Shown here: in pieces, positions 28,863 to 38,553 of the stretch
Layout of the letters: the number at the start of each line of letters is the position of its first letter
Numbering within the stretch: the stretch's first letter is position 1
IMG/VR virus record: IMGVR_UViG_3300045988_172839
Location: 174,526 to 238,525 of that record
From: a virus
DNA: 64,000 bases
Strand: one strand, 5' to 3'
Translations under genes and position numbers: made by a program
The notes under the pieces: generated by a model
The model's input: only the letters and a program-made list of their open reading frames with translations
Told to the model about the DNA's origin: nothing
Database searches by the model: none

Positions 28863-31098
28863 CTTCTTTCTTCTCTACTAATTCTAAGGCTTTTTGGAAC
28901 ACCCCACTAATATCTCTTACTTCGCTAGGCGGATAGTAACTGAAAATGCTACTTACTACTTTTACGAAAGTATGAGGGTCTATAGCATGACTTAGGAAAT
29001 CTCCTTCTTTGGTTAAGTGTTTACTGCTCAAACGACTAATAACATCTGCTCCAAATTCTTTTTCAAACTTCTCAAAGTCTCGACGGAAACGGTAGGATAC
29101 CCTTGTGGTATTTACCAAATCTGTTAGAAGTTTGCTTAATTTAGGTAGTTGAGATACTTTAGGCAATGGAACACCCAAAGCATTAAAACCATAAGCAGAA
29201 CGCAAGACATCTACTGCTAAATAATTAGGCGCAGTCAACAACTCCACAGAAACTTCATTAGCGAAACGCTCTGCAAAATCTTTAAAAGAAGGTCTAATCT
29301 GTTTAAACTCTGAATCTTTACCTTCATTTGCGAAGTAACTATCCAATTCTGCAAATTGTTCTTTTAGTTTAGAGTGTTTATCAATAAACTCATTGTAACC
29401 ATCAAAAATAGAAGTTGACTCTAAACCAAAGATACCGAAACTTGCTAGTTTAATTGCTTCTTCATCTGATAAATCCAACTCTTTCAAAGAGCAAGCTAAT
29501 TGGAAGAACTCTTTTTCGTTAAAGAACGTATCAAAAGAGTAAACCGAGTTCATTGATAACCAACTGATTACTGCAAACAAAGGCGAAACCTCACCTACTG
29601 TTTCTAAAACACTATCTGGTAAAAAATCTACACCCTCTAAAGTAATTTCTCTTGCTAAAGGTTTAAACTCTACACCCTCTAAATCAAGTCCGAAACTCTC
29701 TAGTTTATCGTAAAGACTTTGGTACTTCTCACTATTTTTATCTTCTTCGTTTGGTTCTTCTGAAACCTCGTCTTCTGTCTCCAAAGGTTCTTCTGTTTCT
29801 TCCGTTTCATCAGACAAGTTACTTAAGTACAATTCTAACCCACTCTTATAACTTGAAACAAACTCAGAACTCATAAAATCAAAAGTGATGTTTTCTAAAG
29901 CCAACTCCAAGCAAGTGGTGAGCGCAGTGAGATACCCCACAAATACGGAATCAACACCTTTACTCAAGCCTACCTTATCTTTATTCTTCAAAAGGTAATT
30001 AGCTACGGAAACTGCTCTCAAATAAGTTGTGTCAGAAGTGATAGTCACCTTAGGAGTCGGATAAGAAGTAATATCTCTATGCTCTTTCACAAAAGCAACC
30101 ATCGAGTTTACATACTCTTTTGCTAGAGCTTCGTTATGTTCTCCAACCTCTAAAGTCTCTTTCAAAGTTGGAAATTGAGCTGAAATCTCAGACTGATACC
30201 CCTCAAGTACACGAACCAAACCTAAGAAGTTAGTAACTAAAGTTAAGTCGGAGTCTTTTAAGAACCCTTCTCCAATATCTTTAGTCTCAACAAGTTTAGT
30301 TGATTTAGGCGTTCCTTTCTTCACTTCTTGGAAATAATTCCACAGAGCGCCACCTTCTTCATCCATCTCATAATATTGTGGACGAAGAGCAGTATGAGTA
30401 TAGTACAAATCATCATTAAATAAGGCACCTACAAAGTTTAACTCAGTATCTCTCAAAATTAAACCATACGGATCATTGATTTGTTCTCTATGGATTTCTA
30501 CAAACTCTTTACAGGTAATGCTATCTTCAACTAAACCAACTGCTCTTAGTCGTTTGAATGAAGACTCTACTGTTTGCTTTCTACTTGGGTCTAAGAACCA
30601 ATCGAGACCGTGGTTGTCTAAAAGATACCCTTGAACTTCTGAGCTACTATTCAGTACAATAATTTCTTCTACACTAGAGAAGACACGTGAACCAAAGAGC
30701 GAGCGACTATCACCTCTTAAAACCTTAGTAATTGGAGTTGACTTGCTTTCTGCTGATAATTCTGTACCTAACTGCTCTGTAAAAGTAATTGGTACAAACT
30801 GTTCCTTTGCCTTGAAATTGACTGGGGAAACATAAAATTGAACATAAATACCATCCAACCCAAGTACTACTCTACGAACATTATTAGGTGAGAACTTGGA
30901 AATGATACCCTCAGTTATTCCTTTGTCTTTTCGCTCTTTTAACTGTTTATATGCTCCTGCACATAAGAGCCTTTCAAAATTTTCAACGTATTTATTGGTT
31001 ACTTTACCTTGTACAACTCCTTGACCTTGTTGGTTTTGAGTTGAGTTAGGTTGTGAACCTTTTAGTAGTTCATACATTTGTTTTATCTCAACTTTCAA
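28846..31098 (-). CDS. large hypothetical protein
   Basis: 750-aa ORF with an internal acidic stretch; no motif recognised. Confidence 0.55.
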   Translation of the reverse strand: MKVEIKQMYELLKGSQPNSTQNQQGQGVVQGKVTNKYVENFERLLCAGAYKQLKERKDKGITEGIISKFSPNNVRRVVLGLDGIYVQFYVSPVNFKAKEQFVPITFTEQLGTELSAESKSTPITKVLRGDSRSLFGSRVFSSVEEIIVLNSSSEVQGYLLDNHGLDWFLDPSRKQTVESSFKRLRAVGLVEDSITCKEFVEIHREQINDPYGLILRDTELNFVGALFNDDLYYTHTALRPQYYEMDEEGGALWNYFQEVKKGTPKSTKLVETKDIGEGFLKDSDLTLVTNFLGLVRVLEGYQSEISAQFPTLKETLEVGEHNEALAKEYVNSMVAFVKEHRDITSYPTPKVTITSDTTYLRAVSVANYLLKNKDKVGLSKGVDSVFVGYLTALTTCLELALENITFDFMSSEFVSSYKSGLELYLSNLSDETEETEEPLETEDEVSEEPNEEDKNSEKYQSLYDKLESFGLDLEGVEFKPLAREITLEGVDFLPDSVLETVGEVSPLFAVISWLSMNSVYSFDTFFNEKEFFQLACSLKELDLSDEEAIKLASFGIFGLESTSIFDGYNEFIDKHSKLKEQFAELDSYFANEGKDSEFKQIRPSFKDFAERFANEVSVELLTAPNYLAVDVLRSAYGFNALGVPLPKVSQLPKLSKLLTDLVNTTRVSYRFRRDFEKFEKEFGADVISRLSSKHLTKEGDFLSHAIDPHTFVKVVSSIFSYYPPSEVRDISGVFQKALELVEKKEGEISE

Positions 31099-31177
31099 GA
31101 TTTTCTACTTACTATCCAAACGAGAACACGAAAAAATCCCGCATACCTACTATGCGAGACCAAAATTCCTATTTTTC

Positions 31178-32497
31178 TTAATTTTGATAGATATAAGTTA
31201 CAAAACCTTCAGAGGTTGTTGTTGGGTTAAACCAACCACGGTGGTTGCCAATGTAACGTTTTCCACCAACATTTGATTCAGAAACCTGAATGCGTGTAGC
31301 TGATTCTACCGCAGTTACCACCGCAACGTGACCATAAGCACCGTCATTCCAACATGCAATCGCACCTACTTGTGGAGTTGAACCTGTTCTAAACCCCGCT
31401 GCAGCAGCACTTGTCGCCCACTGCGCTCCATTACCCCAATAATCTCCAGCCCAAGGTGCCAATGTTTTAGCTCCCCAAGTACACTCTCCCATTGGATAAC
31501 TTGAAGCGTCTGTATTGTATCTAGGACGACTTGTTGTGGTCACCGTAGGAGTTACTGTTGGTGTTGGGGTTGGAGTTGTTGCTTCCTCTTGAGGTTCTGA
31601 ACTTGGAGCTACTTCTTCTGAGGTAGTTGGGGCAGACGGAGTGGATACCGAAGAAACTTCTTGCGCTAATGAAGTATTTGCAGAGTTAGTTACTACTGCT
31701 TTTTCACTCTCTTTTTGAGCTAGGTAAGCCTTCTCTTCTTCCAAAGCTTTAGCTGCTTGACGTTCTGCTTCAGCTTTTTGCTCTACCAACTCAGCTTTCT
31801 TATCTTCTGCTTCAGTTTTTTCAACCTCTAAGTTCAACTTCGCTACTTCTAACTCAGCCTTGCGAGAATTAAGAGCTTGCGCGTCATCTTCTAACTTCTC
31901 TTTATTGGTAATAACCGTGTTAATCGCTTGGTTGTTCTCTTCTTGTTTCGCTAAAATGTCTTCTTTGTCACTCTTTTGTTGTGCTAACATCTTGTTACTT
32001 GCTTCAACAATTTGGTTCATAGAAGTAACCTTAGAAATAGCTTCAGAAATAGAATTTGAGTTAACAACTGCATTCACATAGTCTAAAACAGAACCACTAG
32101 TTTGCGCACTACGAGCTTGTTTTTCCAAAGACTCTTGACGAGACACAATGTTCTTAGATAAGTTGTTGATGTCTTTTTCTAAGTCTTTAGACACTGACTC
32201 CAAACGGTTAGTTTCAGCTTGTAAATTAGCTTGTTCAGTTTCTAAAGCAGTAACTTTACTTTGGACACTCTCTAACTGGGAACTTGCTTCTTTTTGTTTC
32301 TCTGTTAATTGCTCCACTTTCTGGTCTTGTTCTGCAATGGCAGAATTAGATACCCCAACTGGATTTGAGGTTGTTTGTGGCACATCAACTACCTCATGAG
32401 GACTTAACGCTCCTGCGCTGACTGTTTGAATGGTTGTTAAACCTTGACTTAATAATACTGTACTTAATAATAAAGTCGATAAAACTCTCTGTTTCAT
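31178..32497 (-). CDS. secreted PcsB-like coiled-coil / CHAP-domain peptidoglycan hydrolase
   Basis: signal-peptide-like [28 protein letters not shown], long coiled coil, Thr/Pro linker, C-terminal CHAP pattern (CTWGA ... GHVAVV ... ESN); ATG at 32497 preferred over the TTG at 32521. Confidence 0.75.
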   Translation of the reverse strand: MKQRVLSTLLLSTVLLSQGLTTIQTVSAGALSPHEVVDVPQTTSNPVGVSNSAIAEQDQKVEQLTEKQKEASSQLESVQSKVTALETEQANLQAETNRLESVSKDLEKDINNLSKNIVSRQESLEKQARSAQTSGSVLDYVNAVVNSNSISEAISKVTSMNQIVEASNKMLAQQKSDKEDILAKQEENNQAINTVITNKEKLEDDAQALNSRKAELEVAKLNLEVEKTEAEDKKAELVEQKAEAERQAAKALEEEKAYLAQKESEKAVVTNSANTSLAQEVSSVSTPSAPTTSEEVAPSSEPQEEATTPTPTPTVTPTVTTTSRPRYNTDASSYPMGECTWGAKTLAPWAGDYWGNGAQWATSAAAAGFRTGSTPQVGAIACWNDGAYGHVAVVTAVESATRIQVSESNVGGKRYIGNHRGWFNPTTTSEGFVTYIYQN

Positions 32498-32532
32498 ACT
32501 GGGAAAATCCTTTACTTTCAAAATATGAAATC

Positions 32533-32541
32533 ATTATACCA
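32533..32541 (-). promoter_or_regulatory. extended -10 promoter (TGGTATAAT)
   Basis: TGnTATAAT on the minus strand upstream of the PcsB-like gene; no good -35. Confidence 0.4.
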
Positions 32542-32616
32542 AAGAAAGTCGCAATTTCATATTACGACTTTGTTACAATTTCGATTTGGTTGGCAGAAAT
32601 AGATACCGCAAGGGTT

Positions 32617-32877
32617 TTACTGCTTGAAAGGTTTATATAACGCTTGAAAGTTACTCAAAGACAAAGTTTCACGTTTAGGTGGTACAAGCCAGTGGATGTC
32701 ACTATTCATCGGAGGTGCGTGGAGAAAAGTGACCTCATTACCTTTTATTTCTTTGACAACTACGACTTTGTTAGAGTCTAATTGATTTTTGTACAGTCTA
32801 TTCTCTGTCAAATCCAAAAGCAAATCCACCTTTCGTTTATTTTTCTTTATTCTAACAAAACCACAAAGGAAACGCAA
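32617..32877 (-). CDS. hypothetical protein
   Basis: 86-aa ORF in array. Confidence 0.4.
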   Translation of the reverse strand: MRFLCGFVRIKKNKRKVDLLLDLTENRLYKNQLDSNKVVVVKEIKGNEVTFLHAPPMNSDIHWLVPPKRETLSLSNFQALYKPFKQ

Positions 32878-32913
32878 GAAAAGAGAGGATACCGCACGAA
32901 GGTGAACCTCTCT
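32876..32913 (-). terminator. intrinsic terminator hairpin with GGTATC in the loop
   Basis: stem agagagg/cctctct, inner CACC..GGU pairing, U-run; after the stop of 32923..33591. Confidence 0.6.
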
Positions 32914-32922
32914 TCACAATAT

Positions 32923-33591
32923 CTAAGCTACACTCTCAGTTGCAACTGCTTTTTCTTCTGGCAATAATGGATATTCTCTCGAATCCACAATGTTGGTGCG
33001 TTCTTTCTTATTGTCAAAAGCCAACATCAACTCTTTACCAAAGTCCTCAAAGGTGTACTCAATCATAGTGAATTGCCCTCCATGACCTTCAAACTCAGCA
33101 ATACAACGTTGCACTAGTTCTACTGCTTTTTCATGAAGCCCACCCATCAACTCGTCTACGACAAACAACATACGGTGATTGGTAATCTCAGTCAATACTA
33201 CAGAGAACAGAAAGGCAATGATTTGACCCATACCGTCTCCTGTTTGCTTACCAATCACTAATTCGTTCCATTGACCGTTCTTGAACTCCAATAAATTCAA
33301 GTGAACTTTCTGAGCTTTCAAGTCGGAAATCAAAGAGAACTTATACACGTTTTCTCCAAAGACCAAAGCCAAAGCACGGTTAATGATACCCTCCATATAG
33401 TCACGCAAACCTTTTGTACCATCATTGCTCAACATAACAACGTATTGTAAGGCTTTCGCTCTATTCAAGTAGAGAGTGCGCAAATCTTCTAGTTGTGCAA
33501 TGTCATCTTGGCGCTTTCTAAGTCTATCCTCTTTCAAGGAGTAGTCTTGTTTAATCGCACCGAGGCGACTTGCGAATGTTTCTGAAACCAA
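32923..33591 (-). CDS. ABC/SMC-type ATPase C-terminal half (signature-like plus Walker B)
   Basis: N-terminal coiled coil, QTGDGMGQ (signature-like), MLFVVDELMGGLH (Walker B/D-loop); no Walker A. Confidence 0.4.
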   Translation of the reverse strand: MVSETFASRLGAIKQDYSLKEDRLRKRQDDIAQLEDLRTLYLNRAKALQYVVMLSNDGTKGLRDYMEGIINRALALVFGENVYKFSLISDLKAQKVHLNLLEFKNGQWNELVIGKQTGDGMGQIIAFLFSVVLTEITNHRMLFVVDELMGGLHEKAVELVQRCIAEFEGHGGQFTMIEYTFEDFGKELMLAFDNKKERTNIVDSREYPLLPEEKAVATESVA

Positions 33592-33624
33592 GGAAACCCT
33601 CCTTTTCTATTCACTTACTTAGAT

Positions 33625-34851
33625 TTAGTTACTACTCATAGCAACAGACCAAATGTTAGATGAGTCAAAACTCTTAATAAAGACAAACTTCCCTGCACCC
33701 GCAAATCCAAAGCGAATATCGTCAGCAAACTCACCTTTACCATACAACAAGTAGTCAAAGTAAACTGGGGAAAGTCCAAATTGGAAACCTCCTAACTCCA
33801 ACTCCGCTTGGTTACCTTCTGTTACCTTATGCACGTGTTCAATAGGAGCAGTTAAATCCAAGTCTCCATACTTGAAAGTAATGTTCTTCAAATCCTCAGA
33901 AATAATCACTTGAATGCGATCTGCGGACATCAAACCACTTAGAGCGTTAATACGTTTCAAGTACATTTCAACAAGGGGGCGAGAAAGGGATACCCAAGGT
34001 AAATCTCCCAGTTGATCCAAAGAGTTTGGTGGGTAAGCTACATCTGCATCATAAAGGACACCTAGTACAGTAGCGCCTTGTTTCAAAACAAAGAAGTGTT
34101 TTTCTTCATCTTTGTAGAACGAGAACAACCCTTTAGCCAACAAATCTTTCAAAGCAATCAAACTCATTGGACGAAGACCACCTTCTTCCAAGAAGAAGTC
34201 CATGTTGTTCTGAACACTAGGCATATAAGTGTCTTTGTAGAACTCCAAAGCCTTTGTACTTGGGTTGAACATTAAATCGTTGTGGATTTCATTCGTTGTT
34301 GGAGTGTAAGGAGCTAAGTCATTTAAGGTTTGAATCATATCCTCACGTTGTTGTTCTGTCAACTCAACAAAAGGAACCTCTTCATTATCTGCAATGCTAA
34401 TATACTCCAAACGGTACAAGTCCGAAACATAAAACGGTGGAGTAGTTGCAATGAGAGAAGAGTTGCGAATCTCTTCATCTTTGTCTGGTAACTTCAAGCT
34501 CTCTTGAACCGTGATGGCAACCTCAATATCCGTTAGAGGATGGAAAGTTACGCTCAAAGGAGTTGTCAATTCACTAGCAGAGTAAGTTGAAATCAATTTT
34601 TCCAAAGTCAAAGCTGGTACTTGGAAGTAAATTGGTTCTTCCCCTTCAAATTCTGTAACCTCTACTGCAGAAGTGGTTACACTTGTTTTTGCAACTACAA
34701 TATCTGTAAGGGCAAGGAAGGATACCGCACCGCTAGGTTCGACCTTCATAACTACATTCTTGCTCTTAGGGTCAATCATAGATCGCTTTACTGTATCAAT
34801 GAGCAAACGACTTTCTTCTGCTAATGTGTCAAATGCAATTTTTAAAAACAT
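33625..34851 (-). CDS. sliding-clamp (DnaN-like) protein, tentative
   Basis: 408 aa; the N-terminal pattern (MFLKIAFDTL..LIDTVKRSM..KNVVMKVEPSGAVSFLALTDIVVAKTSV) resembles beta-clamp domain I; sits within the replication/recombination cluster. Confidence 0.35.
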   Translation of the reverse strand: MFLKIAFDTLAEESRLLIDTVKRSMIDPKSKNVVMKVEPSGAVSFLALTDIVVAKTSVTTSAVEVTEFEGEEPIYFQVPALTLEKLISTYSASELTTPLSVTFHPLTDIEVAITVQESLKLPDKDEEIRNSSLIATTPPFYVSDLYRLEYISIADNEEVPFVELTEQQREDMIQTLNDLAPYTPTTNEIHNDLMFNPSTKALEFYKDTYMPSVQNNMDFFLEEGGLRPMSLIALKDLLAKGLFSFYKDEEKHFFVLKQGATVLGVLYDADVAYPPNSLDQLGDLPWVSLSRPLVEMYLKRINALSGLMSADRIQVIISEDLKNITFKYGDLDLTAPIEHVHKVTEGNQAELELGGFQFGLSPVYFDYLLYGKGEFADDIRFGFAGAGKFVFIKSFDSSNIWSVAMSSN

Positions 34852-34867
34852 AACTTAAATGCACCCC

Positions 34868-35620
34868 TTAATCTAATTTGAAGCCTTGTTCCCAAGAAGC
34901 AGTGTCAAATCCTGCAAAGGGATTGGTGTCTGCGCTTGGTGTCGATTTAGGCGTTTCCTCAACTTTAGGAACGTCTACCTCTACAGTTTCAGTTGGAGTT
35001 GCACTACCAAATACACCACTCAACAAATCAACTGCGCTTGTATCTGTATTTGAAGGGGTTTCTACACTAGTTGGAATTTCTACGGTGTTTGGGGATACCA
35101 CTTGCTCTTCCTTAGTTGGAACCGTTTCTTCAAATTTAAGTTCCTTTGCAGGTTCTGGAATAAGTGGAGAGTCCCCTTTTGCAATATCAACAACTGCATC
35201 GTTTTCCAACATTTGAGCAGTCATCTCTTTTGCTTCTGCTTTGACTTCTTTGCTATCTGCTACTTCAACATCATAAGAAACCGCAGACACATCTTCTCCT
35301 GTAATTTCTTTAATGGTATCATAGTCTTTCTTTTCAACCGCTTCAAAGAACTTCTCTAAGCGCTCTGCTTCAGCAACTTTCTCAGCCAAGATTTTACTTG
35401 CAAGTGCTTTGTAAGCTTCAATCGACTCTTTTGTGAACTCTGTTTCACTAGCGAGTTCCATTTTAATCGGATACCCAAGGGAGTTGAGGATTTCAACTTC
35501 TTTCAAAATCGCTTGAACACGAGCCTTTTTAGACCCTCGAATTTCTTGCTCTTTGCGGTTATGCTCCAATGCTTGTTTATTTAGAGACTCTAATCGAGCC
35601 AATGTTTGTTCTACTGACAT
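34868..35620 (-). CDS. acidic coiled-coil protein
   Basis: 250 aa, heptad-rich N-terminus, Glu/Thr/Pro-rich C-terminal half. Confidence 0.5.
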   Translation of the reverse strand: MSVEQTLARLESLNKQALEHNRKEQEIRGSKKARVQAILKEVEILNSLGYPIKMELASETEFTKESIEAYKALASKILAEKVAEAERLEKFFEAVEKKDYDTIKEITGEDVSAVSYDVEVADSKEVKAEAKEMTAQMLENDAVVDIAKGDSPLIPEPAKELKFEETVPTKEEQVVSPNTVEIPTSVETPSNTDTSAVDLLSGVFGSATPTETVEVDVPKVEETPKSTPSADTNPFAGFDTASWEQGFKLD

Positions 35621-35761
35621 TTTATGTCCTTCCTATTTTCTTCTTGTTTTCTTCGTTTTTCACTTCTTATCGAAAACTTTACAACTTCAATCATTAAGTA
35701 GAAGAGTTGAAAAGTAATCAACAAACCTACTGCAATTAACATATTCACAACGAAATAATAG

Positions 35762-36799
35762 TTAATTAAGCGCTAAATAATACTTAATCAAGTCCTTAAT
35801 CTCTGGTTCCAAGACCATAAGATTTAAGCGTTCTGAAAGGGATACCCCTGCCCAGTTAAAATCTCTCAAACCTTCTAAGGCTTCTGAAAGTTGAGCTTGT
35901 TTCCCTTCTGCTTTGACTTGTTCTGCTACTGACCCTTCTGTATCTTCCAAGAAAATCTCAGAAGGTGGTTTTAATTCAAAAACTTGTGGGTCAAAGTGAA
36001 CCTCTGGTAAGCCTGTGTGTGGGTTTTTACGCATCTTCACTACTGCACACCATACAAAGCTATAATCTTCTGAGCGTTTCGGTCTTGCCATGCAGCCTAA
36101 GTTCATAAAGGCACACTTCGTACCACCCTCAGTCTTAAAGGCTTTCAATTCACTAGGTTGATGAATATGACCATTTAAAATTAAGTCCACACCATAAAAA
36201 GGTTCATGTGTTGTTAAGTCAATCGCTTCCGGATTGTTTGTAAAGTTTGTTAAACCAACTCGAAAATCGTAGTGAGTTATCGCAATATTAGTGACACCTT
36301 CTACAATATCCAATTTCTCAAACTCTTTCCCATAAGGAACATAGTGGAAAACCACTCTCATAGGCTCATTTGTATCTGGATCAATTAAGTCTGGTGACTC
36401 TAACATCACTCGACCTACTTGTTTATCTTCATCTGCTAGATGTGCAGGGGAGTCAAAGTAACCCAAGGACGACAAGAACAAATAGTCATTACGCTCTTCC
36501 GACCCATGTAAATCATGGTTTCCTCGGTTAATAACCTTGTGACCTTTAATTGAGTCCAAGAATTTCATAGTGCGACTTAGCATAATGCGGTCGCCAGAGA
36601 GCCACGATACCCCTGTGCGGACTCCAATAAAGTCGCCTGTTTCATTATATAACTCTGGCTCAAGGAGTTGAACTCTCTCCAAAGTTTTATCCATACAATA
36701 ATAACAGTTCTCTTGGTAATTTATATGTTGACCTCTGTACACATTTTCAATGTGGCGGTCACCAAAAGTAACTGAGGTGTTGCCTATTACTGTTTTCAA
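35762..36799 (-). CDS. Mre11/SbcD-like metallophosphoesterase nuclease
   Basis: GDRH, GNHDLHG and LNGHIHQ calcineurin-type phosphoesterase motifs; TTG start with GAGAGGT RBS. Confidence 0.55.
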   Translation of the reverse strand: MKTVIGNTSVTFGDRHIENVYRGQHINYQENCYYCMDKTLERVQLLEPELYNETGDFIGVRTGVSWLSGDRIMLSRTMKFLDSIKGHKVINRGNHDLHGSEERNDYLFLSSLGYFDSPAHLADEDKQVGRVMLESPDLIDPDTNEPMRVVFHYVPYGKEFEKLDIVEGVTNIAITHYDFRVGLTNFTNNPEAIDLTTHEPFYGVDLILNGHIHQPSELKAFKTEGGTKCAFMNLGCMARPKRSEDYSFVWCAVVKMRKNPHTGLPEVHFDPQVFELKPPSEIFLEDTEGSVAEQVKAEGKQAQLSEALEGLRDFNWAGVSLSERLNLMVLEPEIKDLIKYYLALN

Positions 36800-36845
36800 A
36801 TATACTTACCTCTCAAAATGCTCTCATTTGCTCTCTATTCGAGTT

Positions 36846-36910
36846 TAAATCTCAGAGGTAGAAATAGACCTAAAAGGATTTAAAATCAAATCTGAGCCAA
36901 TCTGAGACTT
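36846..36910 (-). promoter_or_regulatory. conserved intergenic element, copy 2
   Basis: aatctcagaggtagaaat ... ttaaaatcaaatctgagccaatctgagacttcc, shared with 50664-50730. Confidence 0.45.
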
Positions 36911-36911
36911 C

Positions 36912-38360
36912 CTAGCTATGCTCATGTGGACTTACTACAGTCGAACCAATTTCAAAAGGTTCTGTAATCGAAAGATGACCACAGTGTGAGCAGACACCAA
37001 CGGGATACCCTTGAGTTTTTAGTTCTTGTAAGAGTTCTTCGCTTTCTTTAAAGCAAGACTCTTTCTCTGAACCTTCAAGTTCTAATTGTTTGTTCAAAGT
37101 TTCCAATTCTGAGAACTGAGACTCTAAAGCTAAGAGAGATAGAACTTCCTCACTTCTGCTTTCTTCAATCAAACCAAAGCTAGGTGCAGTGTTCAAATCC
37201 TCAATAGCTGAGTTCAAAGTTGAAATAACTTCCAAAACTTGAGTAGAAGAGCTACTAGGAGCTTGACCGAAACTTTCAATCTCGTTTAAAGCAGTTAAAC
37301 CTTTTGAAATCTTATCGAGAGTTGCTAAACCACTTAAATTAACAATTTCAACAAGAGGTAAGGAAATCTCTGAACCAAACTCTTTTAACTTAGTCTGAAT
37401 AGAATGAACTTGATTAAGTGCTTTTAAATTAACCCCATCAATCGTAGTTGTACCTTCCAACTCAGACATAGCTTTCAAATTGCTTGCGATTGTAAGGATA
37501 CCCTCAGAGCCTTTTTCCAACTGTTCAAAAGCATTTGTTTGACTCTCTAACTGTCGAATAACTTCTTTCGTTAAGTGTCTACGCTCTACAATATCTTGAG
37601 AATAGACTCGGATACGACCCTCTACAACCTCTAACTGTTGGAAAGTCTCCTTGTTATCATCCGTCATTTGTTTAATCGCTTGCTCCGCAGTCTCTAAGTC
37701 CGCAGCTTGCGATAACATCTTATTGAGTGAAGCTGGTGATTGTTCCAAAACTGGAAGACCTTCTGCCCCCCTCATTAAATTCAAATAACGACCTCCAACC
37801 TCTGCTAAGTTGAAGTAGCGCTTCAAGAAACTTGGGGTTTCCCCAACTTTTACAAAGCGACCATCTACAAGGGTGTTATACACCTCTTTGCGAGTGCCAT
37901 CTTCGTTCAAGTACACTCTATAACCGTTCTTAAACGTAGAGCGAGGACTCAAACTCGTTCGAGTTAAATAATATTCAACCTCTAACCCATCAGACCAAAA
38001 GGTTGTAATCTTTGCTTCTAATGCTCCATGCTTAATAAAGCCTTTCGCCAGTTGCAAGCCAATACCCTTAGTGGTTAGGTTGTATTCCAAAGCCTTTAAA
38101 GCATTGGACTTCCCAGTTGAGTTGAAAGCCTTAAGCAACAACACCCAATGAGAACCAAACTCAAAGCGTTCTTTCTCATACTGAGCAAAGTTTTCAATCT
38201 CCCAAGCCAACAACTTAGCTTTCTGACCTCTAGCAATAATACCCTCTAGGTAATTACGGTGTTCTTCCGAGTCAAATAGTGAAGTTTGTTTCAACTCACT
38301 TTTGCTCTCACCCTTACTCACCTGTAGGTCAGCAAATAGTTCATCTACTACTGTTGCCAA
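36912..38360 (-). CDS. Rad50/SbcC-like ATPase N-terminal half (Walker A, coiled coil, CxxC)
   Basis: FNSTGKSNALKALEYNL (Walker A), long coiled coil, C-terminal CSHCGH; TTG at 38360 with AAAGGAAG RBS is preferred, because the track extension to 38456 runs into hairpin 38451-38474. Confidence 0.5.
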   Translation of the reverse strand: MATVVDELFADLQVSKGESKSELKQTSLFDSEEHRNYLEGIIARGQKAKLLAWEIENFAQYEKERFEFGSHWVLLLKAFNSTGKSNALKALEYNLTTKGIGLQLAKGFIKHGALEAKITTFWSDGLEVEYYLTRTSLSPRSTFKNGYRVYLNEDGTRKEVYNTLVDGRFVKVGETPSFLKRYFNLAEVGGRYLNLMRGAEGLPVLEQSPASLNKMLSQAADLETAEQAIKQMTDDNKETFQQLEVVEGRIRVYSQDIVERRHLTKEVIRQLESQTNAFEQLEKGSEGILTIASNLKAMSELEGTTTIDGVNLKALNQVHSIQTKLKEFGSEISLPLVEIVNLSGLATLDKISKGLTALNEIESFGQAPSSSSTQVLEVISTLNSAIEDLNTAPSFGLIEESRSEEVLSLLALESQFSELETLNKQLELEGSEKESCFKESEELLQELKTQGYPVGVCSHCGHLSITEPFEIGSTVVSPHEHS

Positions 38361-38450
38361 ATTTGTTCTTCCTTTCTTCTTTATCTTCGCAAAATTCCTA
38401 GAAAAGGCTAGGAACTTAGAGAAAACAAAGAAATTTCTTTCTTTGTTAAA

Positions 38451-38474
38451 GGTCAAACCATAGTTAGTTTGACC
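38451..38474 (-). terminator. hairpin (weak terminator) after the 458-aa gene
   Basis: 8-bp stem ggtcaaac/gtttgacc; only a weak U-tract. Confidence 0.35.
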
Positions 38475-38553
38475 TTCTCGGTTTTATGAGACATACCCCT
38501 CTACCAATTAAGGAGAGTTTAAAGGCTAATAACTCTTAATGATAGAGTTTTCC

